DNA from: Octopus sinensis
Taxonomy: Eukaryota
Length of the DNA stretch: 64,000 nucleotides
Assembly: GCF_006345805.1 (NCBI RefSeq)
Contig: NW_021833038.1
Span: 1 to 64,000 of the forward strand
Direction of reading: 5' to 3'
Below are positions 1 to 13,267 of the stretch, piece after piece. The notes beneath the pieces are model-generated. The model had not been told where the DNA came from. It saw only the letters and a program-made list of their open reading frames with translations, and ran no database searches. The translations under genes and the position numbers were made by a program. Within the stretch, counting starts at the first letter, position 1, and every line of letters starts with the position of its first letter.

Positions 1-143
1 CTACTACTACTACTACTACAAATACTGCTGCTGCTGCTGCTGTTTTCGGAAGGTGAGATTACGTAGCTTCAGAAACACATTATGAGTTTCCTCTCATAAA
101 ACAAGAATTAGAATCATTTGGGGAACCACGTATTAAAGGACAC

Positions 144-184
<41 letters not shown>

Positions 185-400
185 GGCGGCGAGGTGGCAG
201 AATCGTTAGCGCGCTGAACGAAATGCTTCGTGGTAGTTCGCCCGTCGCTACGTTCTGAGTTCAAATTCTGCCGAGGTCGACTTTACTTTTCATCCTTTCG
301 GTGTCGATAAAATAAGTACCAGTTGCGTACTGGGGTCGATGTAATTGGCTCATCCCCTCCCCCAAAAGTCTTGCCCTTGTGGAAAAATTTGAAACCCTTA
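185..400 (+). mobile_element. tRNA-derived SINE, family A, tail type ii
   Basis: A-box TGGCAGAATCG, B-box GAGTTCAAATT, central block GAGGTCGACTTT..TTTCATCCTTTCGG.GTCGATAAA shared by many copies in the window; preceded by (TTA)n. Confidence 0.85.
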
Positions 401-403
401 TAA

Positions 404-707
404 AGGTGACGAGTTGGCTGTATCGTTAGCACACCTGACGAAATGCTCAGCGGTATTTCGTCTGCCGTTACGTTCTGAGTTCAAATTCCGCCGAGGTCGA
501 CTTTGCCTTCCATCCTTTCGGGGTGGATAAATTAAGTACCAGTTACGCACTGGGGTCGATGTAATCGACTTAATACCTATGTCTGTCCTTGTTTGTCCCC
601 TCTGTGTTTAGCCCCTTGTGGGTAATAAAGAAATAGGTATTTCGTCTGCCGTTACGTTCTGAGTTCAAATTCTGCCGAGGTCGACTTTGCCTTTCATCCT
701 TTCGGGG
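404..707 (+). mobile_element. SINE family A, tail type i, followed by a partial internal duplication (636-707)
   Basis: Same head and core; tail ...TGTGTTTAGCCCCTTGTGGGTAATAAAGAAATA ends at 635, then the core restarts. Confidence 0.85.
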
Positions 708-1022
708 ATACGTGGCCTAGTGGTTAGAGTAATCGGCTAACGACAACAAGGTCGTGAGATCAATTCCTGGTAACGCGTTGTGTCCTTGAGTAAAACACAT
801 TATTTCACGTTGCTCCAGTTCACACAACTGGCAAAAATGAGTGGTACCAGTAATTCAATGGGGCCTGCCTTGTCACATCTAGTTTCGTGTTCAATATTCC
901 TGAGAACTATCTTAAGGGAACACGTGTCTGTGGAGTGCGCAGCCACTTGCACGTTAATTTCACGAGCAGGCTCTTCCGTTGGTTGGGTCAGTTGGAACAC
1001 TCGTCGTAACCGACGGAGTACC
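708..1022 (+). mobile_element. tRNA-derived SINE, family D (CORE-like block)
   Basis: TGGCCTAGTGG A-box, GAGATCAATTCC B-box-like, TGTGTCCTTGAGTAAAACAC block; reverse copies at 18302 and 30880. Confidence 0.8.
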
Positions 1023-1659
1023 AGTTTCTTTGCAAAGCTTTTTGTACCCCAACTTTTCACCTAGCATTTAGTTGTTTCACAATTTCTTGTGTTCGTTTTG
1101 GTTTTTCCTCACAATTCTCCCATTTTAGTTTGTATTGTATTTGTTGGTTTCAAAACCATTATCATTATTTTTTTTTTGTTCTACAGCAGATATTCATTGA
1201 ATATATTTGTAGCTCTACGGTCGATAGAATTCTATTTTAGAAGTACTTGCCAGGCGAATGATTTGATCAGAGAAAGTGCATTGAAGTGGAACCATGTCAG
1301 TGACCAGGTCGTAGTTGATGCGACGAAAATTTTGTCACCGATTGATAAATGTTTAAGTGAAATTAACAGTTGTTTAGTGTGCTTTTTGAATTGTTAATAC
1401 GTGCCTTCTATGCTTTATTAGTTCTGTTTTAGTTTTCTAGCTTCAGAAGACCTTTAGCTCTTTCTATTTGTGAGAAAATAGAATATCATTTCTGCGTCTA
1501 AATGCAGTCGAAATGCAGTCGCTACTTTTCACGTTTCCCCGTTTAGTCTAACTTATTTCACGTTTAGTTAAGGATATCACAAATTATTACCGGAACAGCT
1601 AATGTATCCCTGTCTATTAGCTTGTATCTTGTATTTAATTCTCTGTTAAATGTTTAAAC

Positions 1660-1860
1660 CAGTGGTTTTCAACCAGGGTTCCGCCAGTACAGTCCAGGGG
1701 TTCCGCAAGAAGTTACAAAACTGCTAAAATCGGCAGTAATTTTTAATTCTCCTGTGCAGATATGTGTGCATAAGACTATTAAATTATTGCACAGGGGTTC
1801 TTCGAGCCAGTGGAATGTTTCCTTGGGGTTCCGCTCCAGCAAAAAGTTTGAAAAGCACTG
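1660..1860. mobile_element. hAT (Charlie-like) MITE, 201 bp
   Basis: TIRs CAGTGGTTTTCAA / TTGAAAAGCACTG; perfect 8-bp TSD GTTTAAAC at 1652-1659 and 1861-1868. Confidence 0.9.
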
Positions 1861-2511
1861 GTTTAAACTAATGCAATGGTAATATTCTTTCCAAATTTAT
1901 TTAATAAACGTGTGTCTATTGTGTTTAATTCAGTGATTTCTTCGTATGGGATGCAATTATCTTTATTTCTTCATTTAACATAATCCTAACGTGCTTAACT
2001 TATTATCCACCCCACCCCCCATCCTTCAAGGTTTCCTTGACGCATTTTTCTAATCCGAATTTCCAATCAATTTCCGAAGTAACTCTGTTTACTATCCGAA
2101 GTACTGTTTTTAGTTAATTATGATCTGCAGAAGCTGAATGCATCTTATGTCTGAATCCAGTTTATTTCAATACGTTGGTCAAATTTGTCAGCACTATTCA
2201 GAATAAAGTGGAGGGACAGACTCCTGAAATATTCACTTCTAACAGAGAAGGTGTTAGATTTTATCATTTTCACTTTTGTATCTGCACATTAGTTTGCCAT
2301 TAACTCATTATTATATCTTAATTATCATTTCCGAACAAGTTTCCATCGCACCACCAGAAGAACCGCTGCGTCTTTCGGATGGATGCACTATTATGAGATG
2401 TAAAATTGATTTTAAGCATAAAATCAGTTTTACGATGTTGCGAAATCCGTGTTGTGGTTTCGTGTATTCTTATAGTTTCCCATCTGTTTGCCGGATTGTT
2501 GGATCGAAAAC

Positions 2512-3140
2512 ATATGAAGTCTGATTAAATTAAATTAAAGGTCTGAAAAGTTATCGGAACCGTTGCTATAAAAAGAAAACTAAAGCAAACATCATTTAAT
2601 CTCCTTCCAAGTAGACCCCTTCCAAAGCCACAGGCTCTATATCTAGCATCCTTTCCATTGATGGAAGCATTCCTGGAAAACTTGTTTTAGGATTTCCTCA
2701 ACATCCTGAAATCTTGCTCTTTTTAAGTGGGATTCCTTTCAAGGCTTGGTTTCGGGATCATAGCCATAGACCCATTATTCGTCACCTGTGATGACCGTTT
2801 TCAAAAGGTTTTCATCTTCCTTGACCCAATCAAAGAGATCCTGTGCCGCTGAAGCCCTTTCTTCATTTTGAGATAAGCAAACCCTACACACTTCACTTCC
2901 AGACCCGGCCATAAACAACAGAAGTGAGAGCAAGAGCATTGTAACCAAGGATGCGTGCAGGACAGAGTTCGAGGTCAATCTGTGCCGATCGGCTTCACTC
3001 TGTGGGCTTTAGCTCCGTTACCAAACAGTGAGAGACGAATTCAGCTTAACGAATCCGGTTAATGAGTTGTTGATAGTCATAGAACGAACGGTGTGATGGT
3101 TTTGGTCAGGACGCTCGCAGTTGGGATGTTCATGCTCTTA
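2512..3140 (-). pseudogene. Internally deleted mariner transposase remnant
   Basis: Translation ...AAQDLFDWVKEDENLLKTVITGDE*WVYGYDPETK (first catalytic Asp motif), later FQECFHQWK; degraded TIR near 2512. Confidence 0.85.
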
Positions 3141-3345
3141 CTATAGTAATGATGGTGGGGCTGATGGTGATGGGGGTGGGGTGGTATAGCTGCTGATGGT
3201 GGTGATGGTGATAGTGAAAGAGCGAATGGCAGTAATATCGTTGATTGTGGTGATGTTCTATATTCAAAAGATGAGGAATTACGTACATTATTTACATATC
3301 ATGCTGTTGCTGTTGTTGCTGCTGTTGTTGTTGTTTTTGTTGCTG

Positions 3346-3377
<32 letters not shown>

Positions 3378-3678
3378 GGTGGTGGTTAGTTGTGGTAATA
3401 AAGGCAGTGATAGTAGTGTTGCTAATTGACACCAGTCTAAGTGGTGGTCATGGCGGTGGCGTCGTTAATCGCTACAGTTAGACGCATAATAGAAATTATA
3501 TCGCCATATTTCATTGCTAAAAAAAAATCTATTCTAAAAAACATAAAATATGAAATAAAACAGAAGCATAAATTTAATTACGAAACGACAGAGAAATGTT
3601 GCAGAACGCAACCAGATGTGTTTCCGGTCAAAGTTATGTTTCATTTTTATTTGTTTCCGGTATTTGGTTCGCTACGCC

Positions 3679-3730
<52 letters not shown>

Positions 3731-3814
3731 CCTCCTACCCCACTTCATTCTCTCTGTTTCTCTCTTTTTCTCCCTCTTTCTCTCTCTCTCCAACCCTCCC
3801 TTTCATTCTCTTTG

Positions 3815-3846
<32 letters not shown>

Positions 3847-4630
3847 CAACCCTCCCTTTCATTCTCTCTCTCTCTCTCTTCGATTCGTTTTTGACTTTTC
3901 CTTCTGATGCACTGTTGTTCATCTTCTTCTTCTTCTTCTTCTTGTTCTCATTTGACCTCAGGTCAGTCCTGATCCAGCTCACCTCTCATCACAAGGTTTT
4001 TCCACCTGAATAAACAGCCAACACACGACCATATCAATCAGCGTGTGCACCTTTTCGAGAATATTAGAGGTTTGACAGAGATTTCGCTACTATTTCCAGC
4101 ATAGTGTGCGCTTACATAAAGCCTTTCCCCTTGGTTTTCCGCATTTTACTGTGGAGGGATGATTCCTTGCCCAATTATTTGCTGTAATTTCGTAATAGGG
4201 AGAAGGCTGTAATCGTATTGATGAATGACACTATGAAGGATTTGTGGGGTACGATAGTTCGCCTGAGGTTGCTATTCACCAAATGGAATAGATAGATAGA
4301 TAGATAGATTAGATAGATAGATAGAGAGAGAGAGAGGAGAGAGAGCGAGAGAGCGAGAGGAGAGAGGGAGACGAGAGAGACGAGAGCAAAAGAGAGACAG
4401 ACAGAAAACGGACAGACGGACGGATAGATAGATCGATATGAATGATGATTTATGAATATAAAATATATAATATATTAATAGATATAATAATATTATATAT
4501 ATATATATATATATTGTCACATATTATATTACACATAAATTCCTCTATTTACATAATATCGAGGTCTCATTCATTCTTTTGTTGTCATACCATTATTATT
4601 AATAATATATTAATATACATATATATAATA

Positions 4631-4670
<40 letters not shown>

Positions 4671-4735
4671 TATACAGCGGTGGTGTACCCCCTACTGTCA
4701 CGTTCTTGTTAGATTGACAGTATACAACCATTCTA

Positions 4736-4798
<63 letters not shown>

Positions 4799-4799
4799 A

Positions 4800-5379
4800 T
4801 AAAGTAACAAACTGAGGAGACGAAATCCTTGAAAGGGGTTTGTTTTAAACCTCCAATTCACTGGCGTGCGTCGGTTGGATACCATATAAATATTGGTGTA
4901 ATTCAATAATAAAGATAAATTAAATATAGAGATATTCTATTGACAATCCAATAATTTATTTATATCACATTAAATACTATGAATATAACATAACATAATA
5001 TTATATATAACATAAATGATTATAAAAACCTTAAAAGACCAACAAATTGCTTCGACTCATATATATGTTTTTTTCTGATATACATAATCACAGTTCCATT
5101 ATATATAAAGTCACTTCAATTCAAAAAAAGAAATTATTTTGAATTATTTTTACCATCCAGCGGTCCTTTCACTCGGAATTTCGTATTTTTCTAAACCTTG
5201 ACCCTGAAGTGAATTTTGTATATAATGGAACTGTGATTGTGTATATCAGAAAAAAATGTATATAACTCGAAACAATTTGTTGAATTTTTTTGGTTTATAT
5301 AATTACTTATGTTATGTTTATAGTGTTTAATGTAATATTGTAATATAAATGTCTGGATTGTCAATAGCATATCTCTTTA

Positions 5380-5385
<6 letters not shown>
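4800..5385. mobile_element. Fold-back insert with ~200-bp imperfect inverted arms (4915-5118 / 5205-5385) carrying an HHR-like motif
   Basis: TATACATAATCACAGTTCCATTATATA on the left matches the reverse complement of TATATAATGGAACTGTGATTGTGTATA on the right; CTGAAGT...GAAAC in the right arm; (AT)n on both flanks. Confidence 0.75.
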
Positions 5386-5419
<34 letters not shown>

Positions 5420-5635
5420 TTTTATTTTATTCTTTTATTATTTTATATGTTTCAGTCATTTAACTGCGGCCGGGCTGGAGTATTGCCTTTAGTCGAGCAA
5501 ATTTATGCATCTCGAGATGTGCCGAAGATTTTCTATTTTGGATATATTTGAGGTACTTAGATCTGCTCGGGACTTAGTGCTTGCTTTTTCCATGGGAATG
5601 AGTAAGTATTTCACTTATATCTCACGTATTTATCG

Positions 5636-5680
5636 CTGAAGAAGGGAAAATTCTTATGAATTAACCCCGAAATTAGGACC
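5636..5680 (+). ncRNA. Degenerate hammerhead motif (Penelope-type)
   Basis: CTGAAGA-A-GGG...CCC-C-GAAA; stems I and III eroded. Confidence 0.35.
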
Positions 5681-6215
5681 AATACGGTGATACCGTATTT
5701 TTTAGAAATTTCTATCAGTTTGTTTCGAGACGCATAAATTATAATGGTTATTGACAATTTTTGTCTTTTTTTCGGCATATTTGGCATTAGAATGTTTCTT
5801 TTGCCCTTATCTTGTAAATTATTTATAAATTTAAACTTTAAAGGTAGTTTTTGATATGCTGGCCATTGATAAAAAAAATTTTCCCGAAGAAAATGTTATC
5901 CTACATTAGTTATATATATATATTGAGGTTATAAGAGGTAATGGTGTCATTGAGACCCAAAAAATGGCCAATACCGTTAGGACTTACTCATAAGGCTTTG
6001 GAATCTTACATTGTGTATAAACTCTGTATTTGGAATGAACAATTTTAAATGATGTTGGATTTTTCTCATAATGTATTGGAATCTTACATATATACCATTC
6101 TGCCTTAAAAAAGGATCTACAAATTCAATATCCCTGCATATTTCACATCTATTTTCTTTCCTCCACCTCACTCTCTATTTTGTATCCCGTCTAAATTAAT
6201 TATTACTTAACCATC

Positions 6216-6266
6216 CTTTCCGATGAAGGGATATAATTAATAAATATCTCGGAAATAGCTGTAAGA
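6216..6266 (+). ncRNA. Degenerate type I hammerhead motif
   Basis: CCGATGA (U4 to C), stem II GGGATAT/ATATCTC, GAAA-T-AGCT-GTA. Confidence 0.5.
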
Positions 6267-7159
6267 CCTATCTATAAATGTTCTAATATCTACACAGCCT
6301 TGGTTTTTCTTATCTCATTACGCAAAAAATTATTGTGTGTGTATATATATATATATATACGTATGAATGTATGTATGTATGTATGTACCAATGTGTGAAT
6401 GTATAACCTGAAGACGCTGGAAGAAAGCACTGTTCACAAGAGCGGGGCAATCTATTGTGACTGACAGTTATCAGAACATACGTCACAACTTGATAAAGAA
6501 TGAGACAAAAACTCTAGGCTCAATCTCCGCCATTCGACCCAACATTACAAGTCTCTGGTAGACGATACCTGAAGTCTCTGGTAGACAATACCGCTCGAAA
6601 TGTTATGTGAAATTTCTACGATGACAGACATCGAACAAGACGAAGAAAGAGGAACTTTTTCGAAGCCAAACATATATCAAAACACAATTCTTCCCTGCAT
6701 AAAAGAAAAACCACTTTCAGAACATCCAACTGATAATTCTGTAACTTCCAAAAATTTTTTATGACCAATCTCGTAATTCTATGGAACACAAGTTAAATCT
6801 GTGATAACCTGATTACTCGTTCTTCCATTGCAGTGTTATAAAACCAAAATAAAATCCAATAAAATAGAAAGATCTTGATAAATTATTCATTGCTCTGGTG
6901 TATAAGGTGTTTTCGCTAAATACTTTATTACAATATTGTTTACAAGAGTTTTGATAAATTCTCTCTTGCATTCAGGTATGAAACAGCTTCGATAAAGTGT
7001 ATCTATGCAGTAGTGGCTGTGGTATATATGTGTGTGAGTGTGTGGATATGTGTGTATGTATACATATGTACGTGTGTGTGTATGAGTGAAAGTGTACGTG
7101 TATGTGTATGTAAGTGTGTGGTGTGTGTATACTTTTATATATGCACGTGTGAGTGCGTG

Positions 7160-7191
<32 letters not shown>

Positions 7192-7445
7192 CATAGATAT
7201 ACATGTGTGTGTTTGTGTGTGTGTATGTATATACACACAAACACAGTTATGCATACAAGCTGACGTACATACACACAAACAGACATATATATATCCTTAC
7301 ATATATATATATATGTGGGCGTGGGCGTGTGTGGAAGAGCAAATATATGTATATATGCGTATGTGTATACGTATGTGTGTATATATATATATATATCGTT
7401 TCATCCGTTTCAGCTAGGCAGATGCGGGCTACGCTGGACCAACAC

Positions 7446-7480
<35 letters not shown>

Positions 7481-7657
7481 ACGATAGATGAACAGAGAGG
7501 CAGACACAGACAGAAGGATAGAAATAGGTGCATATAAGTATCACAAATATAGAACTACAAATATATATATATACATACATATATATATATGTATGTGTAT
7601 ATATATATATATCGTATACACATACATGTGTATGATATGATGTAATGTGTGTGCGTG

Positions 7658-7750
<93 letters not shown>

Positions 7751-9112
7751 GAATATGTATATTTATGTAGGTATGTATATATATATATAAATATATATAA
7801 CTATCTATTTATGTATGTATGTATGTATGTATGTATGTATGTGTATATATATAACTATCTATTTATGTATGTATGTATGTATGTATGTATGTATGTATGT
7901 ATGTATGTATGTATGTATGTATCCATAAATCAGCTATAGAATATATCTACACCAGTCAGTTTGAAAACATCTCTTCCAGTTTTCCTCCTTTTCTCTTCTT
8001 CTTTTTTTATGATTTCAATACCACCCTGATATATTGAATCGTTTATATATCTTTTAAAACATTGCTATATAATATATTTTGATATATTCCTTTTCTTTAC
8101 AACGGCTCTTTTATAATATATTTCTATAAATTCTTCTTTTTATAGCATAAGCATATAACACGGCTTTGATAATTTCGTCATTGCACCGGTGTATTGGAGA
8201 GTGAGATAACGTTTCTGTTTTATTAGAGACCAATGCCGAAGTGTTTATGTGGCTTTGTGCGTCTGTGACTTTGTGAAATACACAGTCGATAAAACAACAT
8301 CCTTACACACACATATATATACGCATGTGTGTATACATACATATACATACATGTGTATATATTATGTTTATATATTTATATTTGCATCTGTATGTATTTA
8401 TATGTATATATATATGTGTGTGTGTGTGTCTAGGTATTATTGTAAATTTTTGGTGTTTTTCTTATTGTATGTATTACTCATGTAATATCAAATATTTTGA
8501 TAAATTCTTTATGGCATTGGAGCATAACGTATTTTGATAAATTCTACGAAGCATTAGTGGCATATGAAATCTACACACATATACACACACACATACATAT
8601 ATGCATACATACATATATACATATATATATAACATACGTACGAATGTATGGTATATATATACGTATGTCCTAATACAAACATATAAGCATATATATATAT
8701 ATATATATATGTATGCATGTATATATACATGTATATATATACGTATCAGTTGGCAAATAAATCAAAATCAAAACGAGAACATGTTTTTCGCCCCCACCCC
8801 ACCTGCCATAGATGGATGACCAGCCGCCATTCTACACCCCCACCCCCACCAATATTCTACAACTGGACACAATTCCAATTCCAACATTACTTGCAGAGCA
8901 TGCCATCCTTTGGGTGCTTTCCCGCTCGTTTCCATTTATCTTTTACTATGGCTGCCACGCAAAACTTTCAAGCATTGCATACAAATTGTTTCCCATGATT
9001 TGTCACGGATTTTTCACTCATTATTATTATTATTGTTGTTGTCGTTGTTGTTGTTGGTGGTGGTGGTGGTGGTTTTGATGCTTTTGCTATGATAATAATA
9101 ATAATAATAATA

Positions 9113-9183
<71 letters not shown>

Positions 9184-9184
9184 A

Positions 9185-9315
9185 ATCAGCCGAGGTCGAC
9201 TTTGCCTTTCATCCTTTCGGGGTCGATAAATTAAGTACCAGTGGAGTACTGGGGTCGATGTGATCGACTGTCCACCTCCCCATAAAACCCATTGCCTATA
9301 GTAGAAAGGACTATT
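9185..9315 (+). mobile_element. 5'-truncated SINE family A (tail ii)
   Basis: Core GCCGAGGTCGACTTTGCCTTTCATCC and tail GTAGAAAGGA inside a long (TTA)n tract. Confidence 0.8.
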
Positions 9316-9349
9316 CTTATTCTTCTTATTATCATTATTATTATTATTA

Positions 9350-9380
<31 letters not shown>

Positions 9381-10341
9381 AATTATTATTATTATTCAAA
9401 TTATTATTATTATTATTAATGTTGTTGTTATTGTCATTATTATTAGTAGCAGTAATAGCAGCAGCTGGTGTTGCCGTTATATCGGTAGTGATGGTCATGC
9501 TGATTTATGGCTGTAGGGAGCCTTAATCGATACTCTCGACCCCAGTGCTAAATTGGTTCTTATTTCATCGCCGCCCCCAAAATGGCGAAAAAATGTAATG
9601 TTGATCTCGGCAGTATTTGAAAGCCTGGAAATTGTGGAAATCGTCTCCAGACAAAAGCATCTTCTATAAACGTATAACGTTAGAATTATGTTTAAAAACG
9701 TTAAAATTGACAGAAATATGTTCTGGTGCTTTTTCGAGATGAAAAACTGCAATTTCCAGGCTCTGAACAATACATCTGCGTTAAGATTGATATAGAGAAT
9801 AGTATTTTGAACGAATACTGCTTCCAGAAGTAAGATTAATATTATTATTATGTGGCCAGAAGTTACATGAAATCCATAGGTAAACTTTCTTCCCTCTCTC
9901 CTAGTTTGTTTCTTGTTCGAATGCGTTGTCAAATTGTGTTTCTTGTTCGAATTCCAGTTCGCTGCCTGAATATTATTTTGTATTTCAAAAAACTATTCGA
10001 AATACAATTTATTTATTTAACGTACGTTCGTACGAGAACGAACAGACTACGCGTGCGTATATATATATACTTCCCAAGCATTTATACGCGTGCCGTACTC
10101 TGTTCGTTGAGCGAATGCATTTTTCTTCTTTTTTTTTTGTGAAATTATTCGTCATTTAATTGTTCGCTCAGAAGAACTGTTCGTGTATATGTATCCCATT
10201 GTATAACTATGTATGTGTATATGTGTGTATGTTTATACATATTTATATATCTAGGCAAAGAGAGAGAGAGCGGAAGGGAGAGATTGTCACAGTACGAATA
10301 ACACCGTAATAGGCCTATCAATGGGGTATAATTCATAGATG

Positions 10342-10385
<44 letters not shown>

Positions 10386-10511
10386 CAGAGAGGAAAAGAA
10401 ACAGAGAGAGGGAGACAGAGCTGATAGAATATGGAATTAACGATTCTGGGTATGCGTTCTCAAAGTGAATGAAATGCCGAAGGGATCTAACGAAGGTCTT
10501 CCTTAAACAAC

Positions 10512-10610
10512 CACCTGAGGTGGTGCATTTTACATCTTGGATGGAGGATTATGATTACACATTTCACCGATGTACTACAGGTGTCAAAATGTGCTGAAAC
10601 AATTGTAGTG
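10512..10610 (+). ncRNA. Hammerhead-like motif with long stem II
   Basis: CAC-CTGAGGT...; stem II GTGCATTTTACATCT / AGGTGTCAAAATGTGC; GAAAC-AATT-GTA-GTG (stem I CAC/GTG). Confidence 0.5.
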
Positions 10611-10892
10611 ATTCTAAATTTTAAAAACATCGCTCATTCCATTCTCTATCGTTTCTATAAAATCTACTGAGACTATAGTATTCCTGATGACCTATAGCAG
10701 GAGTATTTCCCCTGTAAGATGACATCAGGTAGCCGATAACTATGGCCTGGATTTGCATGGCATTCTACAAGGCTTTTTATCAGAATCTCATTTAACTATA
10801 CATGTTTGTATATACTTTATTAAGAAGCAGCAAAAATATCACAAAAACTGCTACTCGGAGTTTCACGTTCCCGTTGTTGGTATACATATATG

Positions 10893-11303
10893 CTCTTTTA
10901 CTCTTTTAGTTGATTCAGTCATTTAACTGTGGCCATGCTGGAGCACCGCCTTTAGTCGAGCAAATCGACCCTAGGACTTGTTCTTTGTAAACCAAGTACT
11001 TATTCTATCGGTTTCTTTTGCCGAATCGCTAGGTTACGGGGACGTAAACACACCAGCATCGGTTGTCAAGGGATGTTGAGGGGACAAACACAGACACACA
11101 AACGTATACACACACATGCATACATATATATATACATATATACGATAGGCTTCTTTCAGTTTCCGTCTACCAAATCCACTCACAAGGCTTTGATCGGCCC
11201 AAGGCTATAGTAGAAGACACTTGCCCAAAGTGTCACACAGTGGGACTGAACCCGGAACCATGTGGTTGGGAAGCAAGCTTCTTACCACACGGCCACTCCT
11301 GCG
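10893..11303 (-). mobile_element. tRNA-derived SINE family B, full length (extra partial head at ~11360-11415)
   Basis: Reverse complement of the 34462-34854 copy. Confidence 0.9.
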
Positions 11304-11536
11304 ATTTGGTTGTTTATTTTTCTCCAGTCGACGGGAAAATAGCTACGATGGGTGTTGAAGACACTTGCCCAAGTTGCCACGCAGTGGGACTGAACCCGGA
11401 ACCATGTGGTTGGTAGATGCACGGATCTGTATTTTAATTTAATATTTTCTCAATTGCGTAGCCAGATATATATATGCGTGTGCGAGCGTGTATATGTATT
11501 TGTGCGTACGTATATTGCTATACAGAGACTAAACAT

Positions 11537-11579
<43 letters not shown>

Positions 11580-11949
11580 GTAGACATAGATATAACTTGA
11601 TCGACAGATTCATGCGTCTATGCCTTTGCTCATATGTACATGTATTTGACATAGGTATACGCAGGCACACACCTTCCAACGTAGCCACGTCCTCACTCCT
11701 ACACTCAGACGCATGATTGCTACTGCTTCACATGCTGTGATTTCTCCGTGTCGTGTCCGATGACTTAATCTTCAATCTCTCAGATTATTGCCAAGTTAAT
11801 CCGAGGATTTATTCCAAAATAAGTCTTTGAATAGCCATTATCAGAACTGTCCATTTCTAGAAATATCAAGCTGAGAGTTTGGTCATTTGCAGTTGCATCG
11901 CAAATGCCAACCAATACATTTCCGCGTGGCTATGTGGTACGCGTATATA

Positions 11950-11981
<32 letters not shown>

Positions 11982-12380
11982 CATCTGTGTGTGTGTGGGT
12001 ACGGGTATATGAGCGTGTACGTGTATGCGGGTATGTGCATGGGTGTGGGTACGTCTGCAGATATGTGAATGCTTTCTTGATTTGATCGGAGTCTGAGTGA
12101 ATAAATACATATACATACATTTGTGCGTATATCTATATATATATAATGGCTTATGATCACAATTATAAGCATACATACTACACAAGCACACGGACAATCA
12201 AGAGAATCGGACAATCAGACAGACAGACAGACAGACAGGCTGAGTGAATTTTCTGTCTCCAGCCTCCGTTCCGCATTTTCTACGCTTTTCTTACTGTTGT
12301 TTTTTCATAGCAGTAAAATCCAATTTTAGCTTCGATTTAATCTCTTCCCCGATCATTATTATTATTATTATTATTATTAA

Positions 12381-12419
<39 letters not shown>

Positions 12420-12621
12420 TGTTGTTGTTGTTGTTGTTGTTATTCTGAAAGACTCTCGAATAGTTCTTAATTACCGGTTGTTCCTTGAAAGCAGGCAATA
12501 ACAAATCACCAAAGGTTTCAAGTAGTGCCTTCTCCTGTGACTCAAAGAGACAATACTCTCCGTAGACTGTGAGCTGTACCCAACAATGATGTCTTCTGGA
12601 TCACTATTATTATTATTATTA

Positions 12622-12956
12622 TTGAGTGAGAGAGCAGTTCATGCCATCAAAGTGACACTGGGGTAAAATATACGAAGCTCAATATACCCATCATGACTAC
12701 CCGTCTGATAAAGGTAACACAGGCACATGCATCACAACCATATGTGCGCGACATGGTGATCTCATATCAAGATAACAGCACATGACCTTGCAGGTGGGGC
12801 CCAGTTAGAATTTTCTTCAGGTTGAGTAGCCCATCCCGCTCAAACGGTCCCTGAATAAGGGTTGTTTAAGGATGTTGAAAGAACCACCCATGTTTCCAGA
12901 GGTGAACTATTCAAACCCCAAAGAATCCCTCTCAACACATGGCTATGATGCTCCCC

Positions 12957-12958
<2 letters not shown>
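12622..12958 (-). mobile_element. Interspersed repeat family C, 5'-truncated
   Basis: Near-identical to 32471-32808; (ATT)n on both sides. Confidence 0.85.
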
Positions 12959-13006
<48 letters not shown>

Positions 13007-13007
<1 letters not shown>

Positions 13008-13216
13008 GATGGTAAGGTGGCAGAATCGTTAGCACGCCGGACGAAATGCTGAGAGGTATTTCACCCGTCGCTACGTTCTGAGTTCAACTTCCACCGAGGT
13101 CGACTTTGCTGTTCATCCTTTGGCGTTCGATAAATTAAGTACCAGTGAAACACTGGGGTCGTTGTGGTCGATTAGTCCCCTCCCCAATTTCAAGCTTTGT
13201 GACTATAGTAGAAAGG

Positions 13217-13217
<1 letters not shown>
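13007..13217 (+). mobile_element. SINE family A (tail ii)
   Basis: Head GGTGGCAGAATCGTTAGCACGCCGG, core and GTAGAAAGGA tail; follows (TTA)n. Confidence 0.85.
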
Positions 13218-13248
<31 letters not shown>

Positions 13249-13267
13249 GAAAATGACGACGACTATT

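Noticed and set aside
1089-1397. 102-aa ORF
   Set aside because: Starts at a non-ATG codon in T-rich sequence; no homology recognised
6400-6850. Penelope RT remnant
   Set aside because: Only a weak hint of a KxPFLDI-like motif; no continuous frame
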